A stretch of DNA of 64,000 nucleotides, from NCBI RefSeq assembly GCF_009914755.1, contig NC_060927.1; one strand, given 5' to 3'. A program made the translations under genes and the position numbers. The notes beneath the pieces were generated by a model. That model had not been told where the DNA came from and did not search any database. It saw nothing but the letters and a program-made list of their open reading frames with translations. Every line of letters starts with the position of its first letter. The stretch's first letter is position 1. Positions 12,962 to 26,168 of this stretch are shown one piece after another. Origin of the DNA: the human T2T-CHM13v2.0 reference genome, Homo sapiens.

Positions 12962-13092
12962 CGCGGATTATTCTCCATTTTGGATTGACTTCTCTGCTAA
13001 AAGATGTTTCTTTGCTGACATTCTCATTATCTTAGGACTCATCAGGAAATTGACATATCACCTCAGGAGTGCGGGTATTAACTTACTTTTTC
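12962..13092 (+). repeat. Inverted copy of the GSK3B 39-nt exon with its flanking splice-site regions (partner arm about 12287-12411)
   Basis: 13036-13074 matches the exon sense sequence at 33/39 nt; 13058-13078 is a perfect 21-nt reverse complement of 12303-12323; 12978-12992 is a perfect 15-nt reverse complement of 12383-12397. Confidence 0.93.
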
Positions 13093-13765
13093 TATTGTGG
13101 GCTTTGCCCGCTCATACCCTTGCACCCGGTACTTAGGAAAAATAAATAGAGAACATTTTTTCCTCTTTGGAAAAACTCTCTGAAAAAATAAATCCTACAT
13201 CTTCCAGCACTACAAATTAAACACAGTTCCATCTGCAAATATGCCCAATTCACCCACCAAAAGCTAAACAAAATATATAAAATTAACAATACAACTAAGG
13301 GACAGTCACAGTTACAGGTGACAGGCATAGTAATGTATACCAACACCTAGGCACAACGGAGCCAAATATGCAAGGGAGGTAGCAGGGTCTATTATGTCTA
13401 GGTATTGAGAACAAAAAATGGCAGAACTCACCAGTATCTGTGAACTCCCCTGGCTATTCTAAGAGAATTTAACATTCTTTTAGGATAGTTTCCAGTGGGG
13501 GAATTAAATATTTTTCAAAAATAAATAATCCGCGGATTACTTTTAGTCTGCAGACTAAAATTTAGTACACAGATTAAAATCTGGCCCATCAGAATAAATT
13601 CTCTCATGAACTAAAACACAACCAGGTGGACAAAAATAGAAAACCAGACTGAAAGAACTGAGAGCACAAAATAAGACTCAACTGGGCCAACTAACAATTA
13701 GTACGCAGACTAAATATGGCCAGCGAAGTATGCAGCAAGGCCACAGAGATCCCAAAACACCCCTT

Positions 13766-13901
13766 TAAAAACAAAACCAAAAGTAAATAAATAAAACAGA
13801 ACAAAATAAAACAAAGCAAAAAATAAGAAGAAGAAGAAAGAAAAGAAAAAGAGGAAGGAAAAAAGAAAGAAAAGAGAAAGGAAATACTGAAAAGAACCAA
13901 A
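13766..13901. repeat. A-rich low-complexity tract (about 135-nt U-rich tract on the GSK3B sense strand)
   Basis: Almost entirely A with interspersed G/C/T. Confidence 0.85.
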
Positions 13902-14739
13902 ACACTGACATGAACTTTTAAAGTGATTCAAATACTACCTCACCTATGCAGCAACTCATTTTCTTAAATTGAAACAAATATCAACTCCCATCACAAATAC
14001 TAGCCCATAGAAGAAACTAACAGAAAAAAATCATTTTTTCAAAAAGAAAGTTTCTGCAGTATTGAACAAATGCAAAGAAGTCCTTAAATGAAGAATTATT
14101 CAAAATAAATTTGCATTTGGGTAACTAAAAAATGACAGAGGCAATTTCTGCCCTACATGTCCTAGAATAGACTTTGTCCTTCAAATTTCAACCTGGAGCT
14201 AAGTGTTGTGACTGAATCTCAAGCACTTTAAAAAGGCCATTTTTAAACAATCACATACACCATACTAAGACCTATGGTTAACATGGATCTCACAGCATCA
14301 GCTCTTAGCAACTCTATTGTATTATGTAGCCAATCAGAGCAATGTAAAAATGTCCATTTTAAATGGCTGTTGGCAGTGATAATTAATCTAACAGAACACA
14401 GAACAAGAGCCATGTCTGTTCCAAATAGCTATTCCTCATTAGTTTTTATTACTATAAATGTACAACACTCATCCTATATCCTGGTCATATACAAAATATA
14501 AGCATCCAGTTTTAAAAACTAATAAACCATGAATACTCCTAAAGAGCAACTCCAATATTGACTCTCAAGTAATCTATTAATCATCTGAAATTATATGCAA
14601 TTTGTAAACCTAAACATAGGATTAAAAGTGAGACAATGCCATGGATTGTTGAATAGGTAATTATGTTAACTAAGAAAGAAATCAAGTCTACTTAAGTGCT
14701 CATATGTAGCACATAATTCAATAATTACTTAACAAATTA

Positions 14740-15011
<272 letters not shown>

Positions 15012-15364
15012 CTAATGATGCACTGACATACAAGGTAATCCAATTCACTTTAAGTACTATCAAAAATGATTACCAGAGGCTACTGAAAACAACTTTCAGA
15101 GTCCTCCTCCCAAGTAAAATTGCTATCTATGAAGTTGGCATCTAACAGGGTAGGATACACAAACTGAATTCAGCTCAAGTCTACTGCATAATTTTCTAAG
15201 CCTTTTCGTTAAGATACCAGTTCAGGTAAAGAAGGTTGAGCATAAGAAACACAAAGAATCCTTTCCTTAGCCATGACAAATCTAACATCCAGTGAATTTC
15301 AGCTGTACTAATTAAAAGCCTTATCGAGTTTTCCCAAGTTCTACTATAGGTAAGAAAAGTTATA

Positions 15365-15555
15365 CAGTAAATCTTCATTTAATGTCATTGATAGGTTCTT
15401 GAAAACTGTGACTTTTAGTGAAACGTATAATAAAACCAAATGTTTTCCCTCATCAACGCTGAATGAACCAACATTATTTGAGGACCTATTGTGCATAACT
15501 TCACTTAAAGTTGCAGTTTCTAAGCACCTACTAACGATGTTAAATGACTGGCTGT
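15365..15555. mobile_element. MER6-family (TcMar-Tigger) short hairpin-type element
   Basis: TA|CAGTAAATCTTCATTTAATGTCATTGATAGGTTCTTGAAAACTG with an inverted counterpart CAGTTTCTAAGCACCTACTAACGATGTTAAATGA..CTG|TA. Confidence 0.65.
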
Positions 15556-18038
15556 ATATATGTAGATATCAGCATTTAACTATGTAACATAATTTCTCTC
15601 CCTCACATCATGTGCTGATGAAATAGTACTACATGCCTACACAGGAGTGGGATTTGCCAAATGTCCGCTTATCCAATTTAATCTTTCATTGTTCACAAAA
15701 CAATTATTACAGTCAGGTTGGCTCTCCTATGAATATAGAAATATTTTCTTTTCATTCAGCTCTCTCCACCTTGAGAGATATTCACCCAGGCTATAACAAT
15801 TCCTAACCTTTTCTACACCTAGGCAAATCTTAAACCTCCCCTTCAACATCCCACCTCATGTATTATCCCTAAGTGGGGGTTCCTTTTTCCCTCCACCATC
15901 CTCACTGGAAGTCTGCCTTGTAACACCTACAGCCATGTGGAACACCTCTGAACACTTACAGCACAGAATTAAGTATACGGTTACATAGTATCTCACATTA
16001 TTCAATACTTGCTTCAACTAAGCTTTTCAACTGTCAGCTTTTCAAGGACAAAGACTATATATTTTACTTCTTTTGCATGCTTTATGGTACCCAGCACAGC
16101 ACTGGTTACATAGAAGATACAAGATTTAAAGAATAAATGATAAATTAAAAATAGAATTTTGTCTTCTTTTCAAATCCACCCCAACCTCATCCTTTGCCTC
16201 CCACAAGCAATCTGAAAATTATGTCTTACTTAGTATTCTTCCTTTTTCACATTATTCCTTTCACATTTGGATTAGCCACCCTAAAAGCTGGATTTTAATG
16301 TGGGTTTCCAGCAAACAAATAAAAATATATAGCCAGTAGAAATAAAAAAGTGAGGTCTACTAACATAGGAAAGTGGCTTTAGAAAGGGAGAGGAAGTGAT
16401 TATTATAGCAATAATAAGGATGTGGGTAGAACTTTCAGTAGAGAACATACTATATGTATTTGTGAGGCAAGTGAGAATGGTCTAGGTAGAATGTTCAGGG
16501 CAGAGGGGGGTTGAATAATAATATAAAAATTGATTTACCATAAGCAATAGAACAAAACAGACAAGTGGCAAGCTTAGGAGCCAATAGAAATCCCCAACAT
16601 GGTTTTATGCTTTCTGGAATACATGTGAATGAAATGAGTAATGCAGAGAGACCAGAAAAGGTAGATAGAATGGATGTGAAAGAAAACTTTGGCAGCAATT
16701 TTTGTTTTGTGCCCTCTAGGCCTCTCTGAAGGCATTTTAATAATACATTGAACAACGGTTAAAACAGGTAGGTTTACCAAGTTCTGAAAATTCTATTGAA
16801 TGGCTCAGGGGAAAAACTGTAGCATTATGGACAAAGTCTTAAAAAGAAATAAGTACAGTGGGGCTTTTTGGTTCAGCTGTAAGCATAGAGAATAAGTAAC
16901 TTTTTCAGTCAAAAATAATTCCTTTGAAAGCTGAAATGACCTGAGAATTCAATTTTCTGCTTACTCTGTTAGCCAGTTAGAAACACTAGTATTGATTCAC
17001 TATGAAGCATATTGACAGTGTTTTAGGAAATCAAGTATGCAAGGATTAATTTTTGTGAATAATGCTTTCTGGGAGACTTACCAAATGACCTATGGTCATA
17101 CAAAAGCTACAGACACTTTACTATTAAGTATTAAACTACCATATATGCCAACAACTTGGCAACAAATATTTTGAAGTAATTGGCATTCATATTAATGCTA
17201 TTATTATAAAAAAGCAATGAGGAATTGCTATAATATATATGGTATAATTTGGTAGGTACTATAGGAGTTATGTGGTAGGATAATCATAAAGAACTTAGAC
17301 AATGAGAAAATATTTCATGGGAGAAGTGAGATTTGAGAACTTAAGAAAGGTTAAGAGTTGGTAAGCAGAGAAGAAAAAAAGAACATTCTAAGACAGTGGA
17401 AGGGGGAGTAGAGAGAGGGAAGGGAGACACTAGCAAGAGGCAGAAATGAATGTGGCTTCTCTGGGGAACAACTAGGAGACAATCTGACTAAACCAGAAAA
17501 TCCAGCATGGCTGCATGGTCCCTTCAAAGTGAGCTACAAACTGGACAACACTCCAATACGTAGCCAACATATTAAATAGCACTAATGTAACTGTTAAGAG
17601 ATCAGCAGGCCTTAGGATTGTAATCTACTTCCTTCTACTAACCAGTTATTACTTTATTCTTTCGTTACTCTGAAAGAATAAAACAGACATCTGTGTTACC
17701 TAACTGACCTCACAGGATTGTTTATTACTAGGATAGAGGAGAAATGCTTGTCATAAAGAAATTTAAACAAGGTAGCAGGATCAGGCACTCGAAAGTGGGC
17801 GGGAAGGCACCTCATACACCTACTATGATATAACCTTATTAAAAATCCTTAATCAACCCTAACTAGACACTAAACTTTCAAATTCATTGCCTAACAACAT
17901 GCATTTAAGGATACAGGAAGCTGTAAAACTTGGGAAAGAGCCTGGGTTCAAGAACTAGATACCTCAAGAAGGTTGGGAATAGGACAAATACTAAATACTC
18001 TATTTTTCTGGAAAAGAAAGGCAGAAAAGATCAAGAAC

Positions 18039-18146
18039 AGAGTGACTAAATAATCTGCCACCCAAATTGGGACCTTCCTGAGAGTGAAGAGGCAAGCAAT
18101 TAATAATTACACTGGACAAGCATAAACTGGCACATAAGATCACCCT
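18039..18146 (+). mobile_element. MER81-like hAT-Blackjack MITE
   Basis: CCAAATTGGGAC..TGAGAGTGAAGAGG..ATTAATAATTAC..TCACCCT matches the recalled MER81 consensus. Confidence 0.6.
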
Positions 18147-19928
18147 TGTCATTATATGTATTTAACGCTAAATTTTCCTAAAGGCTATGAGGAATCAGAG
18201 AAGAATTTTAAATAGGAGTGACAGCATCACATGTGCTTTTTAAAAAAGCCAACTTTGACAGAAATGAGGAGGATGGATTAAAATGATGTGAAACCAAAGG
18301 ATGGAAATCAGGAGGTAGGAGGTTGTTTTTAATAATTCTATGATATGATGGTGGCCTAAACTAAGGTCAGGGCAGTGGAGACAGAGAAGACAAATCAGAA
18401 AACTCCATTGGAGTGCTACATCCTTCACATTTATTCAAAACTAAAGTAATCCTTTATATGTATATTATGGCTGTATTTTCAAAATAATCCTGAGAAAAGA
18501 CACAGCAGATAATCGCTATCTTACAAAAGAAAAAAGCTGAGGCATAAACATTAGGAGCAGTGTTTAAACTAGATTCTCACTCTGTATATAATAGCCCATC
18601 ATTTAACCACACCTGCACATACTAAATGCAGAATTTAAATTTCTTCTCTTCTTCCAACCAATCTCTGTCTCTGCTTAATTCTCAATCTACTATTGCATCA
18701 CTTCCTTTTCTTTCCATGTGTTTTTCTTCTTTGCAGTGTACAGCGTACACCAAGGCATAGGTCTTCATCCCCTCACCTCCAATAATAATCCTTGTTTCAG
18801 AATATTAGCACCTATTTCCTTTCCTACTAAAGCCACAAGTGCTTTATTAATGAATTATGTTGCACTGGCTATTGCTATTTATGTAATAGCCCAGGGCAAC
18901 TTATTGGAGTTTTTAATTCTCAAGATTTCTGCCATACACCACACTGGGATCATCTCAGTGTTATTTTTCTGCTATTTCTTTTACACACCTGTATCCCCTT
19001 ACCTCAATGTTTCCACAAAAGACATTTTCTCTTTTGGTCTTTATTTCTGTCTACTTTTTTTTTTTTTAGAACACCAGGTCCCAATCTTGGGGATATAGCT
19101 GCACAACACTGCAGCACAGGAAACCAGGGTTCACATGTCCACAGCTTCAGGAGATAGGACTAACAGAAGACAGCAACAAAGGTAAAGTGGTTCCTGTTTC
19201 CAGACTCCTGTTTACCTGCCCTCCAAGGGCAAAATGGTCTTCTCTTTGGAGGACATTCTATATGGTTTTTAAATGACTCAATTGGCTGCTTACCCTAAGA
19301 GCATTTCTCAAGTTGCTGTCCACTATCACAGTGGTAGGGAAAGGAGTCTGAGTTCCCTCTAGGAATTTTAAGTTTTGCATTTTAATTCTTATAATAACCT
19401 ATTTAAAAAAACCAACACAAGCATATTCTCAATCATCTAGATGACAGAGAAAAACAATAAAATTTCTGCATCTGAATTTACTTTTTTGTTTACAATCCCA
19501 GTAACACCCACTCTAGTATGCACAAATGAGGAACCAACATAAGTGCACTTATTACATAATGCATGTGTATGAAGTGAAAACCAAATTATGTCAAAAAACA
19601 CCAGACGAATGAAAGGTTCACAGTCCTTTTAATAGACAAAAAAGATGGGAGAACTGAGTCATTATTCTACACATGGTACAGGAATGGAAACCTAAATAAA
19701 TGTGCTTTACATAGACGATTCAAGTTTGAAAAGCATTAGTATAAGATATAAAAACATCAAGAATTGAAGAGGGCAAAGGAAGATTTACAGCATACATATT
19801 TAGTACAGCTCTTTCATTAGCTGCATTTTAATTATAATCAACCATTCCTCACATTCTACTCTAGCTAATACTTGCGTTAGAGAGATATAATTCAGGGGGA
19901 AAATGCAGAATTTGACACACACTAAATA

Positions 19929-20243
19929 CAGTGTCCCCTCCCTTTTATCTACAGGGGATATGTCCCCAAGACCCTCATGTGGATGCTGAGACTGCAAGTA
20001 GTACTAAACCCTACATATACTGTTTTTCTCTATACATACAGTGATAAAAGCTTACTTCATAAATTAGGCACAGTAAGAGGTTAACAACAATAACTAATAA
20101 TAAAATAGAATAATTAGAATAATATCTATAATAAAATAATGTGAATGTAGTATCTCTCTTAAAATATCTTATTGTACTACATCACCGATTTCAGACAGAG
20201 GCTGACCAAATGTAACTGAAACCTTAGATAAAGGAGGACTAGT
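19929..20243 (+). mobile_element. MER44A-like (Tigger7) element
   Basis: TA|CAGTGTCCCCTCCTTTTATCTACAGGGGATATGT...GATAAAGGAGGACTAGTG termini. Confidence 0.75.
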
Positions 20244-21218
20244 GGCAGTCTTGATAAAATAATAATAATAATAATGGAGGATGGGGACTGTTAAATAGGA
20301 TCTCATGGACTCAATTTCAGCTTTATATTTGTCAGAAACTCTATAAGGAGGATAATATGTGATGAATACTTAGATTACACCAAAAAAAGAATTTTTCCCT
20401 TTCCTCATAAAAATAAATTATTATTAAAGAAAATATGAAAGTTTGAAAAGGTAGAACAAAGAAAATAAAATCATGCACTTTCTTCTTACCCAAACTACTG
20501 TTGGCATTTTGGAATATTTCCCTGTATTTATTTAATACACAGAATTCTCTTTGTTGTTTTTCTCTTAACATGGCTGAAGTCATAGTATACTACAAATCAC
20601 TTACTATAAACAATTTAACTTGCAATAACTATAATGGACTCAAACTGTAATGCAGCCTCTAAATCCAAGTAGGCCACCTGAGATCTTCTGGGTTTAGAGC
20701 CAGGTGAGAGTCCCTAAATATCTTCTGACCCAGATTTAAAATAAGCCTTGAATACAAAGATCAAAGAACACTTTTGAATCTCAGACTACTTAGTGCTTAC
20801 CATAAACTTTTAAAAAAGGGAGGCAAGATCGTGGTCTGTTGGCCAGGTTGTAGTAAAAGTTACAACCTATAATTCTGGCACTAAAATACTATTGAGGTCT
20901 TTGATTCTAAATAGGAAATAAATAATTAGTAACGAGAATTTTCTGAAGATAGATAATGAGATTATAAGAACTTGAAGAAAAAGTAACTGGAATCATAATA
21001 TATCTGATTAAGAGAGAGAGAGAGAAAGAAACATACTTTGATTCTACAGAGGGTAAATTATTTCACCTATAGCCCTAAATGACTTCACCTCGAATTATAA
21101 AAGATCTATAACTAAATGAATTTAATTGTATATAAAATGAATTGTTATATGTACATTTTAAAATACAGTAAGTCTCTCCTTAAAATACGTATTATAAAGT
21201 CGATCATTGGTAACCCGT

Positions 21219-21219
<1 letters not shown>

Positions 21220-21250
<31 letters not shown>
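21220..21250. repeat. (CA)15 microsatellite
   Basis: Direct observation. Confidence 0.95.
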
Positions 21251-21253
<3 letters not shown>

Positions 21254-22109
21254 GTTTAATCCCGGCTTTGTCACAAGCCATCCATGTAATCTTGGGTAAG
21301 TCACTTTGAATCTTTGGTCAGAGTTTCTGAACTTGTAAAATGAGGAAGCTAGAGATTCACTCTACTTATAAACCCTACTGAGAAATTCTATTTTTTTTCT
21401 GTTCATACTTAATCTCACAAATCAAACTAAGGTGAAAACACTTTTTAATAAAATCTCTTTTAAAATCATTCCAATTAAATACCAAAGGAAAAAAAAAAGT
21501 TCCCTGGTACATTAGCAACTATGCTGTTTAGAACTGGTTCTATCTAATGTTAAGGTTGGGTTTTTCCAAAGGCTAGTGACATCCAGTTAACATATCAATT
21601 GTTTTTAATGTATACTCCCAGCAAGATTACATTTGCTTTCTAATCTTGTTTCCAAAATGCCAGTAGGAAAGTAAACAAGAGAGGAAAAACACAAAATGCC
21701 ATCTATAATAAGATATATGTTTTAACAGTTTAAAAGAATAAAGAAAATGTTTGAAATGTATGATATGCTATATGATATTAAACTATACACCTCTATGTAA
21801 ATAAACTTCTGAATTTTAGGTTGTCAAAATTTTATATAAGATCCTACTCCTAAATCAAATTCTGTACTTTAATGATATAAGTACACTGCCCTTACCTTGC
21901 AAATAAAAAACCAGGCTAGAAACTATCTACAGGAAATCAATGAGGATGAAACTATATAAAGTCAATGAAACACTCAAGTACATCTATACAACTATCTTTA
22001 CATGCAGAACTGCTTGTATTCATGCAACTATCTGATCTCAAAATAGTTTAAGAACAATGAGAAACCTGTTTTAGTTAACTACTGATTAATATACTTAAAA
22101 AAAAATCTA

Positions 22110-22211
<102 letters not shown>

Positions 22212-22344
22212 CTAGAAAGAAAGCAAGTTATTGCCATCTTTTCCTATATATTTACAAATTTAGTCTCCATGTTTTCAGGCATTGGATTCACTGAAAAAAG
22301 GAATTCCCAAGTTAAATAAAATACGTAACTCATTAAATAGAGCA

Positions 22345-22730
22345 GTGCCATGATTTGAGTATGTCCCCCAAAGCTCATGTGTTGGAAACTTAATACCCAA
22401 TTCAACAGTGTTGAGAGGTGGGATGTTTAAATGGTAATTAGGTAATGGCTCTGCCCTTGTGAATGGACTCATGTCATTAAAGTGGAAGCAGGATTGTTAT
22501 TTCAAGAGCAGGCTGGTTAGAAATGTAAGTTTGGCTCCCTCTCACTCTTGCCTTGTCTTGACTTTCTGCCTTCCAATATGAGATGATACAGCACGAAGGC
22601 CATCACCAGATGTGGGCCCTTTGACATTGGACTTTCCAGTCTCTAGAACAGTGAACCAAGTAAATTTCTATTGTTTATATATTATCCAGTCTTTGGTATT
22701 CTGTTATAGTAGCACAAAACAGACAAAGGC
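22345..22730 (+). mobile_element. MST-type (MSTC/MSTD) MaLR solo LTR, about 130 nt from the 96-nt exon acceptor
   Basis: TGCCATGATTTGAGTATGTCCCCCAAAGCTCATGTGTTGGAAACTTAAT start; GGACTTTCCAGTCTCTAGAAC; GGTATTCTGTTATAGTAGCACAAAACAGAC end. Confidence 0.8.
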
Positions 22731-22964
22731 AAACAAACTTTGTGAAAGCCTTTTATCTGTAGCTGACTACAGATTCCATGCTGTATTACCATAGACAGAC
22801 TTCTATGATAACAATAATGTTAAATTTGGGTCATAAAAAAGATTACCATACTCAAAAATATTCAAGTAAAAATCAGATATCTTTATCTAGAAAAACTATC
22901 TATTGCAATAATCACATCTGAGAGTATTTTTTCTTCACTTAGTTCAGTATAGCCAAAGATTATA

Positions 22965-23267
22965 CAGCTGTCCCTTGGTATTCAGATTGTTTCAGGAGCC
23001 CCCGAGGATACCAAAATCAAGAGATGTTCGAGTCCCTTATATAAAATGGCATAATAGTTGCATATAACCTTACATCCTCCTATACTTTAAATCATCTTTA
23101 GGTTATTATAATACTTAACATAAATGCTATATAAATAGTTGTATTGTTTTTAAGTTGTATATTATTCTTCATTAATGTATTTTTAAATTGTTATTTTCTG
23201 AATATTTTTGATCTGCAGTCGGTTGATTCTGCAGATGCGGAACCTGTAGATATGGAGGGCCAATTGT
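22965..23267 (+). mobile_element. MER2 (TcMar-Tigger) element
   Basis: TA|CAGCTGTCCCTTGGTAT...GGATACCAAAATC...GATATGGAGGGCCAATTG|TA. Confidence 0.8.
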
Positions 23268-23819
23268 ATTATCGATATATCAGGCAAAGTTTATTTTAAA
23301 ACCGTCAACAATTCATTCAGTCGTTGAATAGTGTCCCTTGTATACAAGGAACTATGTTAGGACCTTTGGAGGATACAAAGAACAAGAGATTTCCTGCTAC
23401 CATAAACTTACATATTTGTATGTCAAAAAAGTATAATTACAGTACACAACAAAAATGTATTGAGCACTTCATTGTCTCTAGAGCTATACTAGGTACTGAA
23501 CAAAAGAAAGTACATGGACCTGGCTGTACAAGATGGATGACAGGAAGAAACATTAAATGCTAAAAATTGAGGACTTTGAAGAGAAATACCACATATTACT
23601 CATCTTTATAAGACCGTGTATAAATCAAATTTATTGAAATAAAATATTAAACCAGTTACAGTTCAAGAATAACTGCACAGAAGTAGAAGAATGTAATGGT
23701 AAGTACTAGATTTGTGGTGGCAACCAGTGAATAATCAGGCATAATTCTGTAACCATTCAGGGCAAAGTGAGAATTTGTTATGTTTTTGTTGTTGGTTCTA
23801 ATTCTCTAGACACTGCTAA

Positions 23820-24740
23820 AACTTTCAGAACTTCATTCAAATTTTAAAAAGTTTGTTCTTTAAAAGACACTCTTAAGAAAATGAAAAGGCTAGTCACGAA
23901 CTTTGCAGAATATATTTGCAAAATATATTCTGCAAAGGGCTTGTATTTACAATATATAAAGAACTCTTATAATTCAAAAATAAGACAAACCAATACAAAT
24001 CAGTAAAAGATATGTACAGACACTTCACCAAGGATGACAGAGAGATGGCAAATAAGCACAAGAAAAGATGCTTGGCATCATTAATCATTAGGGAAATGCT
24101 AATTAAAACAAGATACCACCATATACCCAATAAGAAGGCTAAAATTAAAGACTATGTATAACAAATCTTGGCAAGGATGTACAGCAACTGAAGCTCTCAC
24201 CATTGATGGTGGAAATGTGAAATGGTATATAGCACCTTGGAAAACAGTTTGGAAGTTTCTTAAAAGTTAAACATATACATATCATACAACCCATCATTCT
24301 CACTCCTAGGTACATACCCAAGAGAAATGAATGCACATGTTCATACAAAGACTTGTATACAAATATGCATAGCATATTTTTTTTAACTGCTAAACAGTAG
24401 AAACAAACCAAAATGGCATCATCAAGTAAATAAATGGTACATAGCCATACAGTAAAACATTACTCAGTAATTTAAAAAGAACAACATGGATGAATCTAAA
24501 AATAATTAAGCTGAGTGAGAGAAGCCAGACCAAAAAGAGTACCTAAAGTATAATCACATTCATATGGAATTCTAGTAAATTTTCTATCTATAGTGACAGA
24601 AGATCTATAGTTTTGAGAAGCAAGATTACAAAGGGACACTAGGAAACTACTGGGATTATGAATGTTCATTATCTTGGTTTCACGGGTGTAAGCGTATGGA
24701 AAAACTTATCAAGTTGAATACTTTAAATATGTGCAGTTTT
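23820..24740 (+). mobile_element. Old L1M (L1ME/MC-type) 3' region, resuming at about 26170-26212 after a nested insertion
   Basis: Degenerate ORF2 3' and 3'UTR motifs; TATGTG(C/T)AGTTT duplicated at about 24728 and 26172. Confidence 0.7.
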
Positions 24741-24744
24741 AAAA

Positions 24745-26168
<1,424 letters not shown>

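Noticed and set aside
12304-13077. Simple TA-flanked Tc1/mariner MITE explanation for the inverted repeat (TA|CCCGCAC...GTGCGGG|TA)
   Set aside because: Inverted similarity continues about 14 nt beyond the TA on both sides and the ends match no family I recognise. A repeat origin is not excluded, but this boundary is unsupported.
12261-13392. Extra outer pairing ATAGACCTGC (about 12262-12271) with GCAGGGTCTAT (about 13382-13392), and CCCTTGCA with TGCAAGGG (about 13117 and 13369)
   Set aside because: Only 8-10 bp, one with a bulge, and not colinear with the main axis; cannot be distinguished from chance by eye.
18718-19098. 126-aa hydrophobic ORF (and 148-aa ORF at 29540-29986)
   Set aside because: Non-ATG starts, composition explained by T-rich intronic or old-repeat sequence, no recognisable domain or splice support.
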